28,165 nucleotides of DNA from contig JBKGZT010000012.1 of NCBI GenBank assembly GCA_046543235.1, positions 1 through 28,165 of the forward strand, given 5' to 3'. The notes below the pieces were generated by a model that saw only the letters and a program-made list of their open reading frames with translations, was not told the origin of the DNA and ran no database searches. Shown here piece after piece: positions 1 through 9,209 of this stretch (the first letter of the stretch is position 1; the number at the start of each line of letters is the position of its first letter). The position numbers and the translations under genes were made by a program. Source of the DNA: Candidatus Acetothermia bacterium (GTDB lineage Bacteria > Bipolaricaulota > Bipolaricaulia > M55B111).

Positions 1-548
1 TCGTTGAGTCTCAGGCCCATGTCCAGGAAGACAACCAGCATGGTATAGTTTCGGTAGCCGGACCATTCTCTTCTTCTCTGTTTGGCTGTTTCAAGCAAGG
101 TATCTATTTGCTCATCATTAAGATATTTTGGAAATTTATCCGGAGTCTTTGGCTCTTCTACATCTTCCGTGGGAGACTTTTTGAGGTAAGAATCTTTTAC
201 AAGCCAAGTGAAGAAAGCATTGAGGACTCTGTGATGAATTGAAACCGTGGTGTTTTTAAGGCCCTCGTCCATTAATGAGGCCAAATAATTCCTAATTTCC
301 CTTTTCTCTATATTTCCTATCGAAGTTTCCGGATCTACAAGATCGGTAAATCGATCGAAGACGTAATCGTACAAATTCAGAGTTTTTTCTGCCCTACCTT
401 CCACCTTGGCCATCATTTTAAAGTCTTCTATAGCTTGCTCAAGTGGAAGGTCTTCGCTCAGAGAACCTTCGGGAAATTCATGATCGTTTTCGGCAAAATT
501 ACCGCCATTTTTAGGGCCGTTACCATACGCCTGCTTGTTCCAGTTCAT
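1..548 (-). CDS. Tyrosine recombinase/integrase (XerC/D-like), N-terminal part; runs off the left edge
   Basis: Manual translation from ATG at 548 is open to base 1: ...LPLEQAIEDFKMMAKVEGRAEKTLNLYDYVFDRF...IRNYLASLMDEGLKNTTVSIHHRVLNAFFTWLVKDSYLKKSPTEDVEEPKTPDKFPKYLNDEQIDTLL...RNYTMLVVFLDMGLRLN(E). This is a core-binding domain followed by the box I catalytic Arg motif. Not in the supplied ORF track. Confidence 0.92.
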   Translation of the reverse strand, partial: MNWNKQAYGNGPKNGGNFAENDHEFPEGSLSEDLPLEQAIEDFKMMAKVEGRAEKTLNLYDYVFDRFTDLVDPETSIGNIEKREIRNYLASLMDEGLKNTTVSIHHRVLNAFFTWLVKDSYLKKSPTEDVEEPKTPDKFPKYLNDEQIDTLLETAKQRRREWSGYRNYTMLVVFLDMGLRLN

Positions 549-619
549 GTAAAAAATCGGAAGCAGAGAAATTTTAAACTTGCTCTCGTAAGCGCCGATG
601 GTAGGGAATAATAGAAGTG
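1..619. mobile_element. Right-hand edge of a putative integrated element (island/prophage) inserted at the tRNA-Val 3' end
   Basis: Integrase begins 71 bp downstream of the tRNA-Val CCA end, and the region is visibly more AT-rich than leuS and neighbours. The second att copy is not in the window. Confidence 0.7.
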
Positions 620-695
620 TGGTGGGTGGTGCTGGACTTGAACCAGCGGCCTCCTGCACGTCAAGCAGGTGCTCTCCCAGCTGAGCTAACCACCC
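620..695 (-). tRNA. tRNA-Val(GAC), CCA encoded
   Basis: Reverse complement GGGTGGTTAGCTCAGCTGGGAGAGCACCTGCTTGACGTGCAGGAGGCCGCTGGTTCAAGTCCAGCACCACCCACCA folds as a cloverleaf; anticodon arm CCTGC-TT-GAC-GT-GCAGG. Confidence 0.97.
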
Positions 696-718
696 TTATC
701 GAATTCAATTAGAACGAG

Positions 719-791
719 AGGCGACGCCCGGATTTGAACCGGGGATGGGGGATTTGCAATCCCCTGCCTTGGGCCCCTTGGCTACGCCGCC
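719..791 (-). tRNA. tRNA-Cys(GCA), CCA not encoded
   Basis: Reverse complement GGCGGCGTAGCCAAGGGGCCCAAGGCAGGGGATTGCAAATCCCCCATCCCCGGTTCAAATCCGGGCGTCGCCT; anticodon arm GGGGA-TT-GCA-AA-TCCCC; U discriminator as expected for tRNA-Cys. Confidence 0.96.
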
Positions 792-800
792 ATCTGAAGT

Positions 801-829
801 ATTATAAGTACATGAGATCGACCATTCAA
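801..829 (-). promoter_or_regulatory. Sigma70-type promoter for the tRNA-Cys/tRNA-Val pair
   Basis: TTGAAT (829-824), 17 bp spacer, TATAAT (806-801), 9 bp upstream of tRNA-Cys. Confidence 0.85.
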
Positions 830-895
830 GCTTCGAGACGTCCGGTGTAGCGGCTTCCTCTTTTGTCTTCCAGAAGGAATTCAGTGTCCGAAGGC

Positions 896-3469
896 TCAAA
901 CTACGATATTTACCAGGTTGCCCGGAACGACGATGAACTTCTTGATTTCCTTTCCATCGAGCCTCTCGGTTATCCTCTCCAGCTTCAGTACCCTCTCTCG
1001 CAGGGCCTCCTCGTCACCCTCGATCTCGGTCGGAACTTCTATGTGGGCACGTATCTTGCCGTTGATCTGGACGGCGAGTTCAGTCTCTTCCTGCTTGAGG
1101 GCATCCTCCTCCCATCCGGGCCAGTCCGCTTCCATTATCGGTTTTTCATTGCCCATTCGATGCCAGAGCTCCTCGCCCATGAAGGGAGTAAACGGGGAGA
1201 TTATCAACACCAGTTTCTTTATTCCCTCCCTAAGGAGCCCTTTATCTATCTCCTCGTCGGAAATTGCTCCGTAAAACTCGTTAGTTAGCTCCATTATCGA
1301 GGATACCGCGGTGTTGAAACTAAAGTCCTCCAGGTCCTCGGTCACTTCCTTGATGGTTTCGTTTATCTTCCGCCATAAATCCTTCTCTAGATCGCTGAGA
1401 TCCCCGGGATTCAGGGCGTGCTCTTCCTCGAACAACTCCATGTGCTGTACAGCCAGCCTCCAGACCCTTGCGAGGAAACGGTGGCTCCCTTTTACGTCCT
1501 TGTCGCTCCACTCCACGTCCTTTTCCGGTGGACCTATGAAGAGAGTGTAAATCCTTTCCGTATCCGCCCCGTATTGATCAATCAGTTCCTTGGGGGAAAC
1601 CACGTTCTTTTTCGATTTCGACATCGACTCCATCGTTACATCGAGCTCTGTACCGCATTCGGGGCACTTATTCCCATCAACGACGTTTTTAGGCATGATC
1701 CAGCCGTGTTTTTCGCAGCGATATGCCTGATGCGAGATCATCCCCTGCGTAAACAGGCGCTCGAAGGGCTCCTTAAAGTCAACGAGATCTATATCTTTCA
1801 GGAACTTGGTTACGAATCGCGAATAGAGCAGGTGGAGTATGGCGTGTTCCACGCCGCCAACGTACTGATCGACGGGTAGCCAGTCGTTGGCAGTCTCGGA
1901 ATCGAATATCTTCTCGTCGTTCCCGGCCGAGAGGTAACGCAGGTAGTACCAGCTCGAGTCGACAAAGGTATCCATCGTATCCGTCTCCCTTTCCGCCTCG
2001 GCCCCGCACTCCGGACAGGTGGTCTCTACGAACTCGTCAATCTCGGAAAGCCCCTTGTTGCCGATGAATTCGACTTCGGGTAATTTCACAGGGAGTTCCT
2101 CTTCGGGAACAGGTACGACTCCACACTCCGGACAATGGACCATCGGAATGGGCGCACCCCAGTACCGCTGCCTGCTGATGAGCCAGTCCTGGAGTTTATA
2201 ATTTACCGTGAACTCGCCTTTATTACGTTCTTCCAGCCACTCCCCGATCTTCTGATAGGCGGTCTCGGAATCCAACTCGTCGAAGTCGCCGGAGTTGACT
2301 AGGTATCCCGGTTCCTCGTAAGCTTCGTCCAGCTCTCCGACCGGTTCGCCCTTCTCTGGAGCAATGACTTCCACGATAGGTATATCGTACTTTTTCGCAA
2401 AGTCGAAGTCACGCTGGTCATGGCCCGGGACGGCCATTATGGCCCCGGAACCGTACTCGGTCAGTACGAAGTTGGCGATCCATATCGGTATTTCCTCTCC
2501 AGTGGCCGGGTTGACCGCGTACTCCCCTGTAAACACCCCTTCCTTCTCGAGATCGCCGCCAGCCCTTCGGGTCTGATCGATCCGCTTGGTTTCTTCGACA
2601 AACTGGCTTAGCTCGGAACGCCTTTCCTCGTTCCGTTGGTCGGAGATCACGTCCTCCACCAGCGGGTGCTCCGGCGCAAGCGCCATAAAAGTGGCACCAA
2701 AGAGGGTATCCGGCCTGGTAGTAAACACTTCCAGATCACCGTCGCGGTTGGCCAGATCAAAGGTGATCTCCACCCCTTCGCTGCGGCCGATCCAGTCCTT
2801 CTGCATCTTCTTGACATGGTCAGGCCAGCCGTCAAGCTCCTCGAGATCGTCCAGTAACTCCTGCGCGTACTCCGTTATCCTGAAGAACCACTGTTCCAGC
2901 TGTTTTTCCTCTACGGCGGTACCACAGCGCTCGCACTCCCCGTCAATAACCTGTTCATTGGCGAGGACGGTGTCGCAGTGCGGGCAAAAGTTCACCGGGC
3001 TCTCGTCCCTGTAAGCCAAACCTTCTTCGTAAAGCTTCTGAAAGAGCCACTGAGTCCACTGATAGTACCCGGGTTCGTGGGTTCTGACCTCTCTATCCCA
3101 GTCGTATTCGATACCCCACTGCCGGAACTGTTCTTTGAAGTCGGCTATGTTCTCTTCGGTCCATTCCCCCGGCTGTACACCACGTTCTATCGCCGCGTTT
3201 TCCGCCGGCAGGCCGAAGGCGTCAAACCCCATCGGGTTCAGCACGTTCAAACCTTTCATCGTCATAAAACGTGTCAGGGTATCGCCTATTATGTAATTCC
3301 TACCGTGGCCCACGTGCATGGTTCCCGAAGGGTAGGGGAACATGTTGAGGTAGTAAAAGTTGTTCTCAATATCGTCCAGATCGGCCTTAAAGGTCTCTTC
3401 TTCGGCCCAGTAATCCCGCCATCTGTCCTCTATTTCCTCGAAGTCGTACTCTTCCGGCGCTTCATTCAT
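896..3469 (-). CDS. leuS: Leucyl-tRNA synthetase
   Basis: MFPYPSG..HVGH (HIGH motif), CP1 editing domain (FTTRPDT, GSGAIMAVPGHDQRD), DWLISRQRYWG, GGVEHAILHLLYSRF, SMSKS, C-terminal VQINGKIR. Confidence 0.98.
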   Translation of the reverse strand: MNEAPEEYDFEEIEDRWRDYWAEEETFKADLDDIENNFYYLNMFPYPSGTMHVGHGRNYIIGDTLTRFMTMKGLNVLNPMGFDAFGLPAENAAIERGVQPGEWTEENIADFKEQFRQWGIEYDWDREVRTHEPGYYQWTQWLFQKLYEEGLAYRDESPVNFCPHCDTVLANEQVIDGECERCGTAVEEKQLEQWFFRITEYAQELLDDLEELDGWPDHVKKMQKDWIGRSEGVEITFDLANRDGDLEVFTTRPDTLFGATFMALAPEHPLVEDVISDQRNEERRSELSQFVEETKRIDQTRRAGGDLEKEGVFTGEYAVNPATGEEIPIWIANFVLTEYGSGAIMAVPGHDQRDFDFAKKYDIPIVEVIAPEKGEPVGELDEAYEEPGYLVNSGDFDELDSETAYQKIGEWLEERNKGEFTVNYKLQDWLISRQRYWGAPIPMVHCPECGVVPVPEEELPVKLPEVEFIGNKGLSEIDEFVETTCPECGAEAERETDTMDTFVDSSWYYLRYLSAGNDEKIFDSETANDWLPVDQYVGGVEHAILHLLYSRFVTKFLKDIDLVDFKEPFERLFTQGMISHQAYRCEKHGWIMPKNVVDGNKCPECGTELDVTMESMSKSKKNVVSPKELIDQYGADTERIYTLFIGPPEKDVEWSDKDVKGSHRFLARVWRLAVQHMELFEEEHALNPGDLSDLEKDLWRKINETIKEVTEDLEDFSFNTAVSSIMELTNEFYGAISDEEIDKGLLREGIKKLVLIISPFTPFMGEELWHRMGNEKPIMEADWPGWEEDALKQEETELAVQINGKIRAHIEVPTEIEGDEEALRERVLKLERITERLDGKEIKKFIVVPGNLVNIVV

Positions 3470-4929
3470 TTCTTTGGTTCACCTACCAGATCTCTGGAGT
3501 ATTTTTCCGCCTCGGTTAGTATTTCATCCAGTTTCGTTTCATCGTCCATCTCGCAGTAAAGGCGCAGGAGTGGTTCGGTCCCGGAGGCCCTAATAAGCAA
3601 CCAACCGTCCGAAAAACGGAGCTTGATCCCGTCCGTAGTCTCAACGCTCTTCACCTCGTGCCCGGCGATTTCATCTGGTGGGTCCTTCTCTACCATCTCG
3701 GCGACTTCCTTACGGCCCTCCAGATGTATGTCGTTTCTCCTGTAATAATGACCTCCGTATTCCGCCAGGAGTTCGTCAACCAGCTCGGAAGGAGGCTTGC
3801 CCGCGTCGGCGACCATTTCTAGGAGAAGCAGGGCACAAAGCACGCCGTCCCGGTCGGGAATATGGTTCTTTAAACCTATCCCGCCGCTTTCCTCTCCTCC
3901 GATCAGCACGTCTTCTCTGACCATCTTCTCAGCTATAAACTTGAACCCGACGGCCGTTTCTTCTACATCTATTCCGTGCTTCTCACCTATTTTGAAGATC
4001 ATGTCGGTAAGGGGAAAATTCTTCACTGCTTTTCCTTCCCAACCCCTGGTTTCGACGAGATATTTCATCAACAGTGCGTAAGTCCTGTGAGCATCGATAA
4101 AAGAACCGTCCTGGGCCATGCTGGAAATCCTGTCCCCGTCCCCGTCGGTTACGACACCCATAACGGGTACGTCGTTCATGGCCTTCTGTTCGAGGATCTC
4201 TGCCCTCAGTGGTTCAAGGTTCTCTTCCAGTGGCTCCGGCCTGACCCCCTTGAAGCTAGGATTGTACTCCTGGCGAACGCCGACATGAGGAACGCCGAAC
4301 TCGTCCAAAACCCTGGCGGTAAATCCGGCCGCGGAACCGTACATCGAATCAATTACCGCTAGAACAGGGTTCCTCGTCATCCTTTCCTCATCGACGATTT
4401 CGGTAAGGGCTTCGACGTAATCGGAGGAAGCATCCACTCTGTTGACGCTGATATTCGGATCGACCTCCTTAAAATCCTCCGGCAGCCGGCCCTCGATCGC
4501 GTCGGTGACCTCCGGCGGCGCGGACGCACCGGATTCCAGCTTTACCTTGAAACCGTTGTATTCAGGTGGATTATGGCTGGCAGTTATCATTACTCCAGTC
4601 GCTGCGCTCCTCTCCTTCACGGAGAACGCCAGAGCAGGGGTCGGAACCATCCGTTCGGTAACGGAAGCCGGCACCCCCGAATCGATCAAAACCCTGGCCA
4701 CGAAAAGCGCGAAATCCTCGGAGGCAAACCTCCCGTCGTAACCGATTATTACCCCTTCGTCGTGAGACCTGTAGGGGGTTCCCCATTCTTCGTAAACCCG
4801 GAGCTCCTCGCGCTCCGGGGACTTCAAATAATCCGCCAGCGCTCTTGCCACCCTCCCCAGATTCTCGTAGGTATAATCGTCAGCTATAACTCCTCGCCAA
4901 CCGTCAGTACCGAAACTTACTTCTTCCAC
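3466..4929 (-). CDS. Phosphoglucomutase/phosphomannomutase family protein
   Basis: FGTDGWRG, catalytic TASHNP, metal loop DGDGDR, GGEESGG, RASGTEP; ATGA overlap with leuS. Confidence 0.95.
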   Translation of the reverse strand: MEEVSFGTDGWRGVIADDYTYENLGRVARALADYLKSPEREELRVYEEWGTPYRSHDEGVIIGYDGRFASEDFALFVARVLIDSGVPASVTERMVPTPALAFSVKERSAATGVMITASHNPPEYNGFKVKLESGASAPPEVTDAIEGRLPEDFKEVDPNISVNRVDASSDYVEALTEIVDEERMTRNPVLAVIDSMYGSAAGFTARVLDEFGVPHVGVRQEYNPSFKGVRPEPLEENLEPLRAEILEQKAMNDVPVMGVVTDGDGDRISSMAQDGSFIDAHRTYALLMKYLVETRGWEGKAVKNFPLTDMIFKIGEKHGIDVEETAVGFKFIAEKMVREDVLIGGEESGGIGLKNHIPDRDGVLCALLLLEMVADAGKPPSELVDELLAEYGGHYYRRNDIHLEGRKEVAEMVEKDPPDEIAGHEVKSVETTDGIKLRFSDGWLLIRASGTEPLLRLYCEMDDETKLDEILTEAEKYSRDLVGEPKK

Positions 4930-5147
4930 GATTTTCCCCCCTCGCTATCCACGATTTTGTCAACTCTATCGGGAAACTCGACTATCTTTTTATTGAGAAC
5001 TTCCAGAATAAGATCCTTGGGAACCGAGGTCTCCAGCTGAATCTGTCTGATCCGTACGGTCCCGTTCTTTGCCGCCACTCTGTTCAGGGCCTCTTCAACG
5101 GCATCGGCATAGCGCTCGTAGTTAAAAGCTTCTTCACTGGCTGACAT
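4917..5147 (-). CDS. Small hypothetical protein (76 aa), possibly helix-turn-helix
   Basis: ATG start; fills the gap between DUF4139 and the mutase on the same strand and overlaps the mutase start; the segment VRIRQIQLETSVPKDLILEVL is HTH-like. Confidence 0.7.
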   Translation of the reverse strand: MSASEEAFNYERYADAVEEALNRVAAKNGTVRIRQIQLETSVPKDLILEVLNKKIVEFPDRVDKIVDSEGGKSWKK

Positions 5148-5188
5148 GGGTTAAATTTAAGATTTAAAGGGTAATAATTCCAGTAATT

Positions 5189-6526
5189 TCAATATCTGTA
5201 TTCGACGGTATACGAAATTTTCTCGGTCCCATCCTTCGGCACTCCGACCTCGAAAAGTATCCGGTTCGAATCGATCCTCTCGTACTCCTCGCTCGAGTCG
5301 GTTATCTCCCAGCTACCGTTTAATTTTTCTATAACTCTGACCTTCTCCGGAGTATCCTTTCCGTTCGTCAGCGTTATTGAAATACGGTCCCTCCAGAAGT
5401 TATCGTCCAGCTTCTCGTGTTTCAGCCTTTTCCTTTCACCCTCGAGGTCGAAAGCCTCCCCCAGCGCCAGCTCGGCACTGTTTCCCTTTGGTAACTTGGG
5501 TAGCGTGGCAGCCCCCAGAAAGGTCCTTTCTTCGTCGTCCCGGTAAACTCGGATCGGACCAGAAGCAAGGGGAAGGCCAAGACCTTTCGTGGCGTCGTTT
5601 TCAAGCACTAAAAACGTTCTTACGGCCGACGAGACAGAAGGCTCAAACTCGTAATATCGCCGGTAATCGACGTCTCTTTCTTTGACGAAACCTACCCGGG
5701 TTTCTTCCCCCGCCCCGAGATCCAGGGTGGAAGGAAGCGAGTATCGATAGTACTCGAAGGCCTTCTCCTCGCTGACGTCTTCTTCTTGAGCCACGTTTCG
5801 GGCAGCCAAAAACCTTGGACCCTGGTCCTCTCTGGCCGGACTTCCCGCCAGAAGGTACAATTCCGTATTTTCGAATTTCCGGTCCGTCCCGTTTTCTATA
5901 TGGGCTACACCGCGGAACCGCAGGAGCTGTTCCTCTTCTTTTAGAAATCCAAAATACCCGGGTGTCCAGCTCAGCCCTTCCACCTGGAAGCCATAGGTTA
6001 GGGTCCGCTTTCCTTCCTCCTCCGTGCTTACCTCGATTTCTAACCTCTTACCGTCTGCCGGAGGAGAGGAACCCTCGAACCTGTACTCAGCGGGATCCCT
6101 TATCAACCTGTATTTATTGGAGGAAATCTCCAGTAAAGGCTTACCCTCCACCACTGCTACCAGCATTCCTTCGATCCAGGTATCTTCAACGCCGCTTGCC
6201 TTGACCTCCAGGGGGTTCCCAATCCGTGCTTCGAGCATCCCCTTCTCACCCTTTATTTCAGGTTCAATAGTTATCCCTTTTAGGGTAACATCGGGGCTAT
6301 CCAGGAATATCGTGCTCGTCCGTGCCCTCTCGGGAATAGTCCTGGTTAGAACGTTTGTACCGGGCCCGAGGTCCACCTCTTCTTTCCGTACGAGGCCCGC
6401 GGGTCCGTTCTGATACAAAGTTAAAATACTCTTTTCGAGCGCAAGTCCCTCAATTAAGAAGGGAAAAGAAGAAACCAAGAAAACCCCAACAAAAAGCGGG
6501 ATCAGTAGCCTTTTTTTGATGCACAT
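5189..6526 (-). CDS. Exported DUF4139/DUF4140-domain protein
   Basis: N-terminal signal peptide; LTLYQNG..LVRKE, LSWTPGY, IENGT, C-terminal ISITLTNGK...VIEKL...ISYTVEY beta-sandwich pattern typical of the family. Confidence 0.8.
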   Translation of the reverse strand: MCIKKRLLIPLFVGVFLVSSFPFLIEGLALEKSILTLYQNGPAGLVRKEEVDLGPGTNVLTRTIPERARTSTIFLDSPDVTLKGITIEPEIKGEKGMLEARIGNPLEVKASGVEDTWIEGMLVAVVEGKPLLEISSNKYRLIRDPAEYRFEGSSPPADGKRLEIEVSTEEEGKRTLTYGFQVEGLSWTPGYFGFLKEEEQLLRFRGVAHIENGTDRKFENTELYLLAGSPAREDQGPRFLAARNVAQEEDVSEEKAFEYYRYSLPSTLDLGAGEETRVGFVKERDVDYRRYYEFEPSVSSAVRTFLVLENDATKGLGLPLASGPIRVYRDDEERTFLGAATLPKLPKGNSAELALGEAFDLEGERKRLKHEKLDDNFWRDRISITLTNGKDTPEKVRVIEKLNGSWEITDSSEEYERIDSNRILFEVGVPKDGTEKISYTVEYRY

Positions 6527-6616
6527 ACTTATCGCCTCCAGGCTGGACTATCTTACCCGATGCGGGGTAAACGATCAAAACCCCGAAAAGACGTCCCCTC
6601 GACCGGTCGTCTCTAA

Positions 6617-6645
6617 TTGCAACCGTCCTTTCCCTTCATTATCAT
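6617..6645 (+). promoter_or_regulatory. Sigma70-type promoter for gabT
   Basis: TTGCAA (6617-6622), 17 bp, TATCAT (6640-6645). Confidence 0.6.
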
Positions 6646-6734
6646 ATCGTCACGGCGTTAGGTACTTCTATGCCGGGCTTGGTGATTTTTCCGGTCACGG
6701 CCGAAATCCTAATCTTAGAAGTCGAGGGGGAAAC

Positions 6735-8000
6735 ATGACAGAGTCGGAGTTAGAGAAGTACATCCCTGACCCAATAGGCTCCCTGGTACCTGATTTTATC
6801 GATAGAGGCAAAGGGGCGATCGTCTACACCGAAACCGGGGAGGAATACATAGATCTGAGCGGCGGCTGGGGCTGTCTCGCGGTCGGCTACAGCCACCCGG
6901 AAGTAGTAGCCGCGGTCCGAGAACAGGCGGAAAGGTTTTTTCACACCGATTACAGCGCGGTACCTTACCGTAGTTATCCGAAACTGGCGAAGAAACTCTC
7001 TGAACTTGCTCCCGGGAAGACGAGAAAAAAGGCGGCCTTCTTTAACAGCGGCGCGGAAGCCGTGGAAAACGCCGTAAAATTCGCCAAAGCTGATACGGGC
7101 AGAGGAGCTCTCGTGGTTTTTGAAAACGCTTTCCACGGAAGAACGTTGCTCACCATGACACTTACCCACAAGGCGAAGCCGTACAAAGCGGGCTTCGGCC
7201 CCTTTGTCCCGGACGTCTACCGTCTCCCCTACCCCAACAGTTACAGATCCGATTTCGACTACCGGGAGCTCGAAGACAGGTTAACGAGAATGGTCGACCC
7301 GGAAAACGTGGCGGGGCTGCTGGTGGAACCGATAATCGGTGAAGGCGGTTTTCTCGTCCCCCCGGACGGCTTTCTTTCCTATCTCAGGGAGCTGACGAAC
7401 AAGTACGGCATCAATCTTATCTTTGACGAGATACAATCCGGCATGGGCAGAACAGGTAATTTTTTTGCAGCCGAAGCTTTCGACGTGGAGCCGGACCTCG
7501 TTACCGTGGCCAAATCCCTGGCAGGGGGTTTACCACTATCAGGAGTTATAGGCAAGGAAGGGGTCATGGATGCCCCATCTCCGGGAAGCATCGGCGGTAC
7601 CTTCGTCGGCAATCCTCTGGCAATCCAATCAGCTCTGGCGGTAATCGACGTGATCGAGGGAGATAACTTGCTGGAGCGCGCCTCTTGGGTGGGGGAAATC
7701 GTTCTCGAAGAGTTCGAGCGGCTGAAAAAGAAGCACGAAATAGTCGGGGACGTTCGAGGGCTCGGTGCCATGAACGCTATCGAGCTTGTTAGAGACGAGG
7801 ATACCAGAGAACCTGCACCGGAGATCACCGAGAAGGTGGTCCAGTACGCACTGGAAGAAAGGGTGATCCTGCCGGTCGCCGGGCTCCACGAAAACGTGTT
7901 AAGACTGCTGACCCCGCTCGTGATAGAGGAAGAAAACCTCGAAAGGGGGTTGGCCGTAATCGGTCGGGCCATAGCCAGGGCCGAAAAAGAGACAGATTAA
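6735..8000 (+). CDS. gabT: Class III PLP aminotransferase, 4-aminobutyrate aminotransferase-like
   Basis: FFNSGAEAVENAVK, AFHGRTLLTMTLT, EPIIGEGGF, DEIQSGMGRTG, PLP lysine in AKSLAGG. Start reassigned to ATG 6735 after SD GAGGGGG; the track's 6516 start overlaps the divergent gene. Confidence 0.88.
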   Translation: MTESELEKYIPDPIGSLVPDFIDRGKGAIVYTETGEEYIDLSGGWGCLAVGYSHPEVVAAVREQAERFFHTDYSAVPYRSYPKLAKKLSELAPGKTRKKAAFFNSGAEAVENAVKFAKADTGRGALVVFENAFHGRTLLTMTLTHKAKPYKAGFGPFVPDVYRLPYPNSYRSDFDYRELEDRLTRMVDPENVAGLLVEPIIGEGGFLVPPDGFLSYLRELTNKYGINLIFDEIQSGMGRTGNFFAAEAFDVEPDLVTVAKSLAGGLPLSGVIGKEGVMDAPSPGSIGGTFVGNPLAIQSALAVIDVIEGDNLLERASWVGEIVLEEFERLKKKHEIVGDVRGLGAMNAIELVRDEDTREPAPEITEKVVQYALEERVILPVAGLHENVLRLLTPLVIEEENLERGLAVIGRAIARAEKETD

Positions 8001-8004
8001 TTAC

Positions 8005-8649
8005 ATGGACATAAAAGAGTCAATCCAGGAAGTAACCCGGGAAACGGTAAACTTCCCCATGCTCTTTGGTCCGATTTTCATTACCTCCTTCCTCAACGGG
8101 GTCCTGGCATCCGACGCGTTCATAAGAGCTCTGGGGGCTGGAGGCAGCCTGGTCCTTAGGCTGATGATCCTGGTACTATTAACCCCCCTGGCGGCAGGAA
8201 TGACAGTATTTCTGGATCGGATGATAAGTAACCAGAAGAGTCCCGGGCTCGCGGGTGCGTTCACGGCGGTCGGCCGGAAGTACCTTCCCTTGGTCCTGAT
8301 CAACTTCGTCGCACTGATGGCAACTGTCCTCGGTCTCTTCCTCTTCATCCTCCCGGGGATTTACCTCTACGTAAAGTTCGTGTTTACCACCCAGGAAGTC
8401 CTGCTTGGAGGGGAGACAGATCTGACGTCCGCCCTGGAAAGCAGCTGGCAACACACCGAAGGGCGCTGGTTGACCGTATTTAAGATCCTCCTCGTCTTCG
8501 AAATACCGCTCCTGTTCTTCAGCTTTTCGCTCGGCGGGTTACCGCCCGGGTGGGGAGCAACTTTAAGCGTCGTGGTTGGAACTGCCTTCCAGACTTGGCT
8601 CACTCTCGTGGTTACCCACCTCTATTTACGGATCACGACTGGAGAGTGA
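8005..8649 (+). CDS. Multi-pass membrane protein of unknown function
   Basis: About 5 hydrophobic segments and the pattern GLFLFILPGIYL...ALESSWQHTEGRW, common to YciC/GDPD-membrane-domain-like proteins; 4 bp after gabT. Confidence 0.8.
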   Translation: MDIKESIQEVTRETVNFPMLFGPIFITSFLNGVLASDAFIRALGAGGSLVLRLMILVLLTPLAAGMTVFLDRMISNQKSPGLAGAFTAVGRKYLPLVLINFVALMATVLGLFLFILPGIYLYVKFVFTTQEVLLGGETDLTSALESSWQHTEGRWLTVFKILLVFEIPLLFFSFSLGGLPPGWGATLSVVVGTAFQTWLTLVVTHLYLRITTGE

Positions 8650-8739
8650 TCCACTTCCAGTTCCACGAATCTACCGGACGGACAAAGCCGTGGAAACTGG
8701 AATTCGATAGATCCGTTCCGCCAGCATCACCTCGGTTTA

Positions 8740-8769
8740 TTGAATCAGGTCCACCCGTAACCATATAAT
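8740..8769 (+). promoter_or_regulatory. Sigma70-type promoter for the 8788 gene
   Basis: TTGAAT (8740-8745), 18 bp, TATAAT (8764-8769). Confidence 0.65.
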
Positions 8770-8787
8770 CTTCTTGAGGTGATTTCG

Positions 8788-9156
8788 ATGGCTTTAATAG
8801 GATACATGGAGGGAACCGACCCGGATCTTCTCAGCAGTCTCTGCGCCCAGGGACACGACACCGCACCACTGGGTAACGGAACGGATGGGCACGGCAAGTA
8901 CATCGCCCACGTCACGAAGTCCGACGGCTTCGACGTCGTCGTGGCGTATCTTCACAAGCTCGTTTCGGTCTCCGGTATGGAGCACGTGACGATTGACGAC
9001 AGGCTCTTTGCCTGTAGGAGACACGACATTCCCGTCATTCTGGTAGTCCCTAACGAGTTCAAGGAAAAGGCAAAATCCAGAATGAAGGAATCCAGGGATT
9101 ACGTAGAACTCGCTTCTCCCGAAGAGCTCGAAGCGAGGGTAAAAGAGATAATTTAG
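8788..9156 (+). CDS. Hypothetical protein (122 aa), alpha/beta type
   Basis: SD GAGGTGA at 8776-8782, ATG 8788, own promoter upstream and hairpin downstream; globular, protein-like composition. Confidence 0.8.
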   Translation: MALIGYMEGTDPDLLSSLCAQGHDTAPLGNGTDGHGKYIAHVTKSDGFDVVVAYLHKLVSVSGMEHVTIDDRLFACRRHDIPVILVVPNEFKEKAKSRMKESRDYVELASPEELEARVKEII

Positions 9157-9209
9157 GACCGGAAACCGACAAACAAAGCAATACCTCAAGCAGGGCTCAG
9201 AAAGTCAAG

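Noticed and set aside
716-719. tRNA-Cys lacking encoded CCA as a sign of pseudogene or att scar
   Set aside because: The cloverleaf is intact and many bacteria add CCA post-transcriptionally.
705-899. 64-aa ORF on the minus strand
   Set aside because: Overlaps tRNA-Cys and its promoter; it is a translation of tRNA sequence.
1600-1740. LeuRS SMSKS instead of KMSKS, preceded by a CxxH..CxxC insert
   Set aside because: The first KMSKS position and the leucine-specific domain vary among LeuRS; not evidence of novelty.
863-6413. Many plus-strand ORFs opposite leuS, the mutase and DUF4139 (similar shadows at 7379-7972, 18033-18857, 21444-22244, 23216-23884, 26286-27014)
   Set aside because: Antisense or alternate-frame shadows of well-supported genes, with no motifs of their own.
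6516-6734. 73-aa N-terminal extension of gabT in the ORF track
   Set aside because: Overlaps the divergent gene start and contains the promoter; the SD supports ATG 6735.
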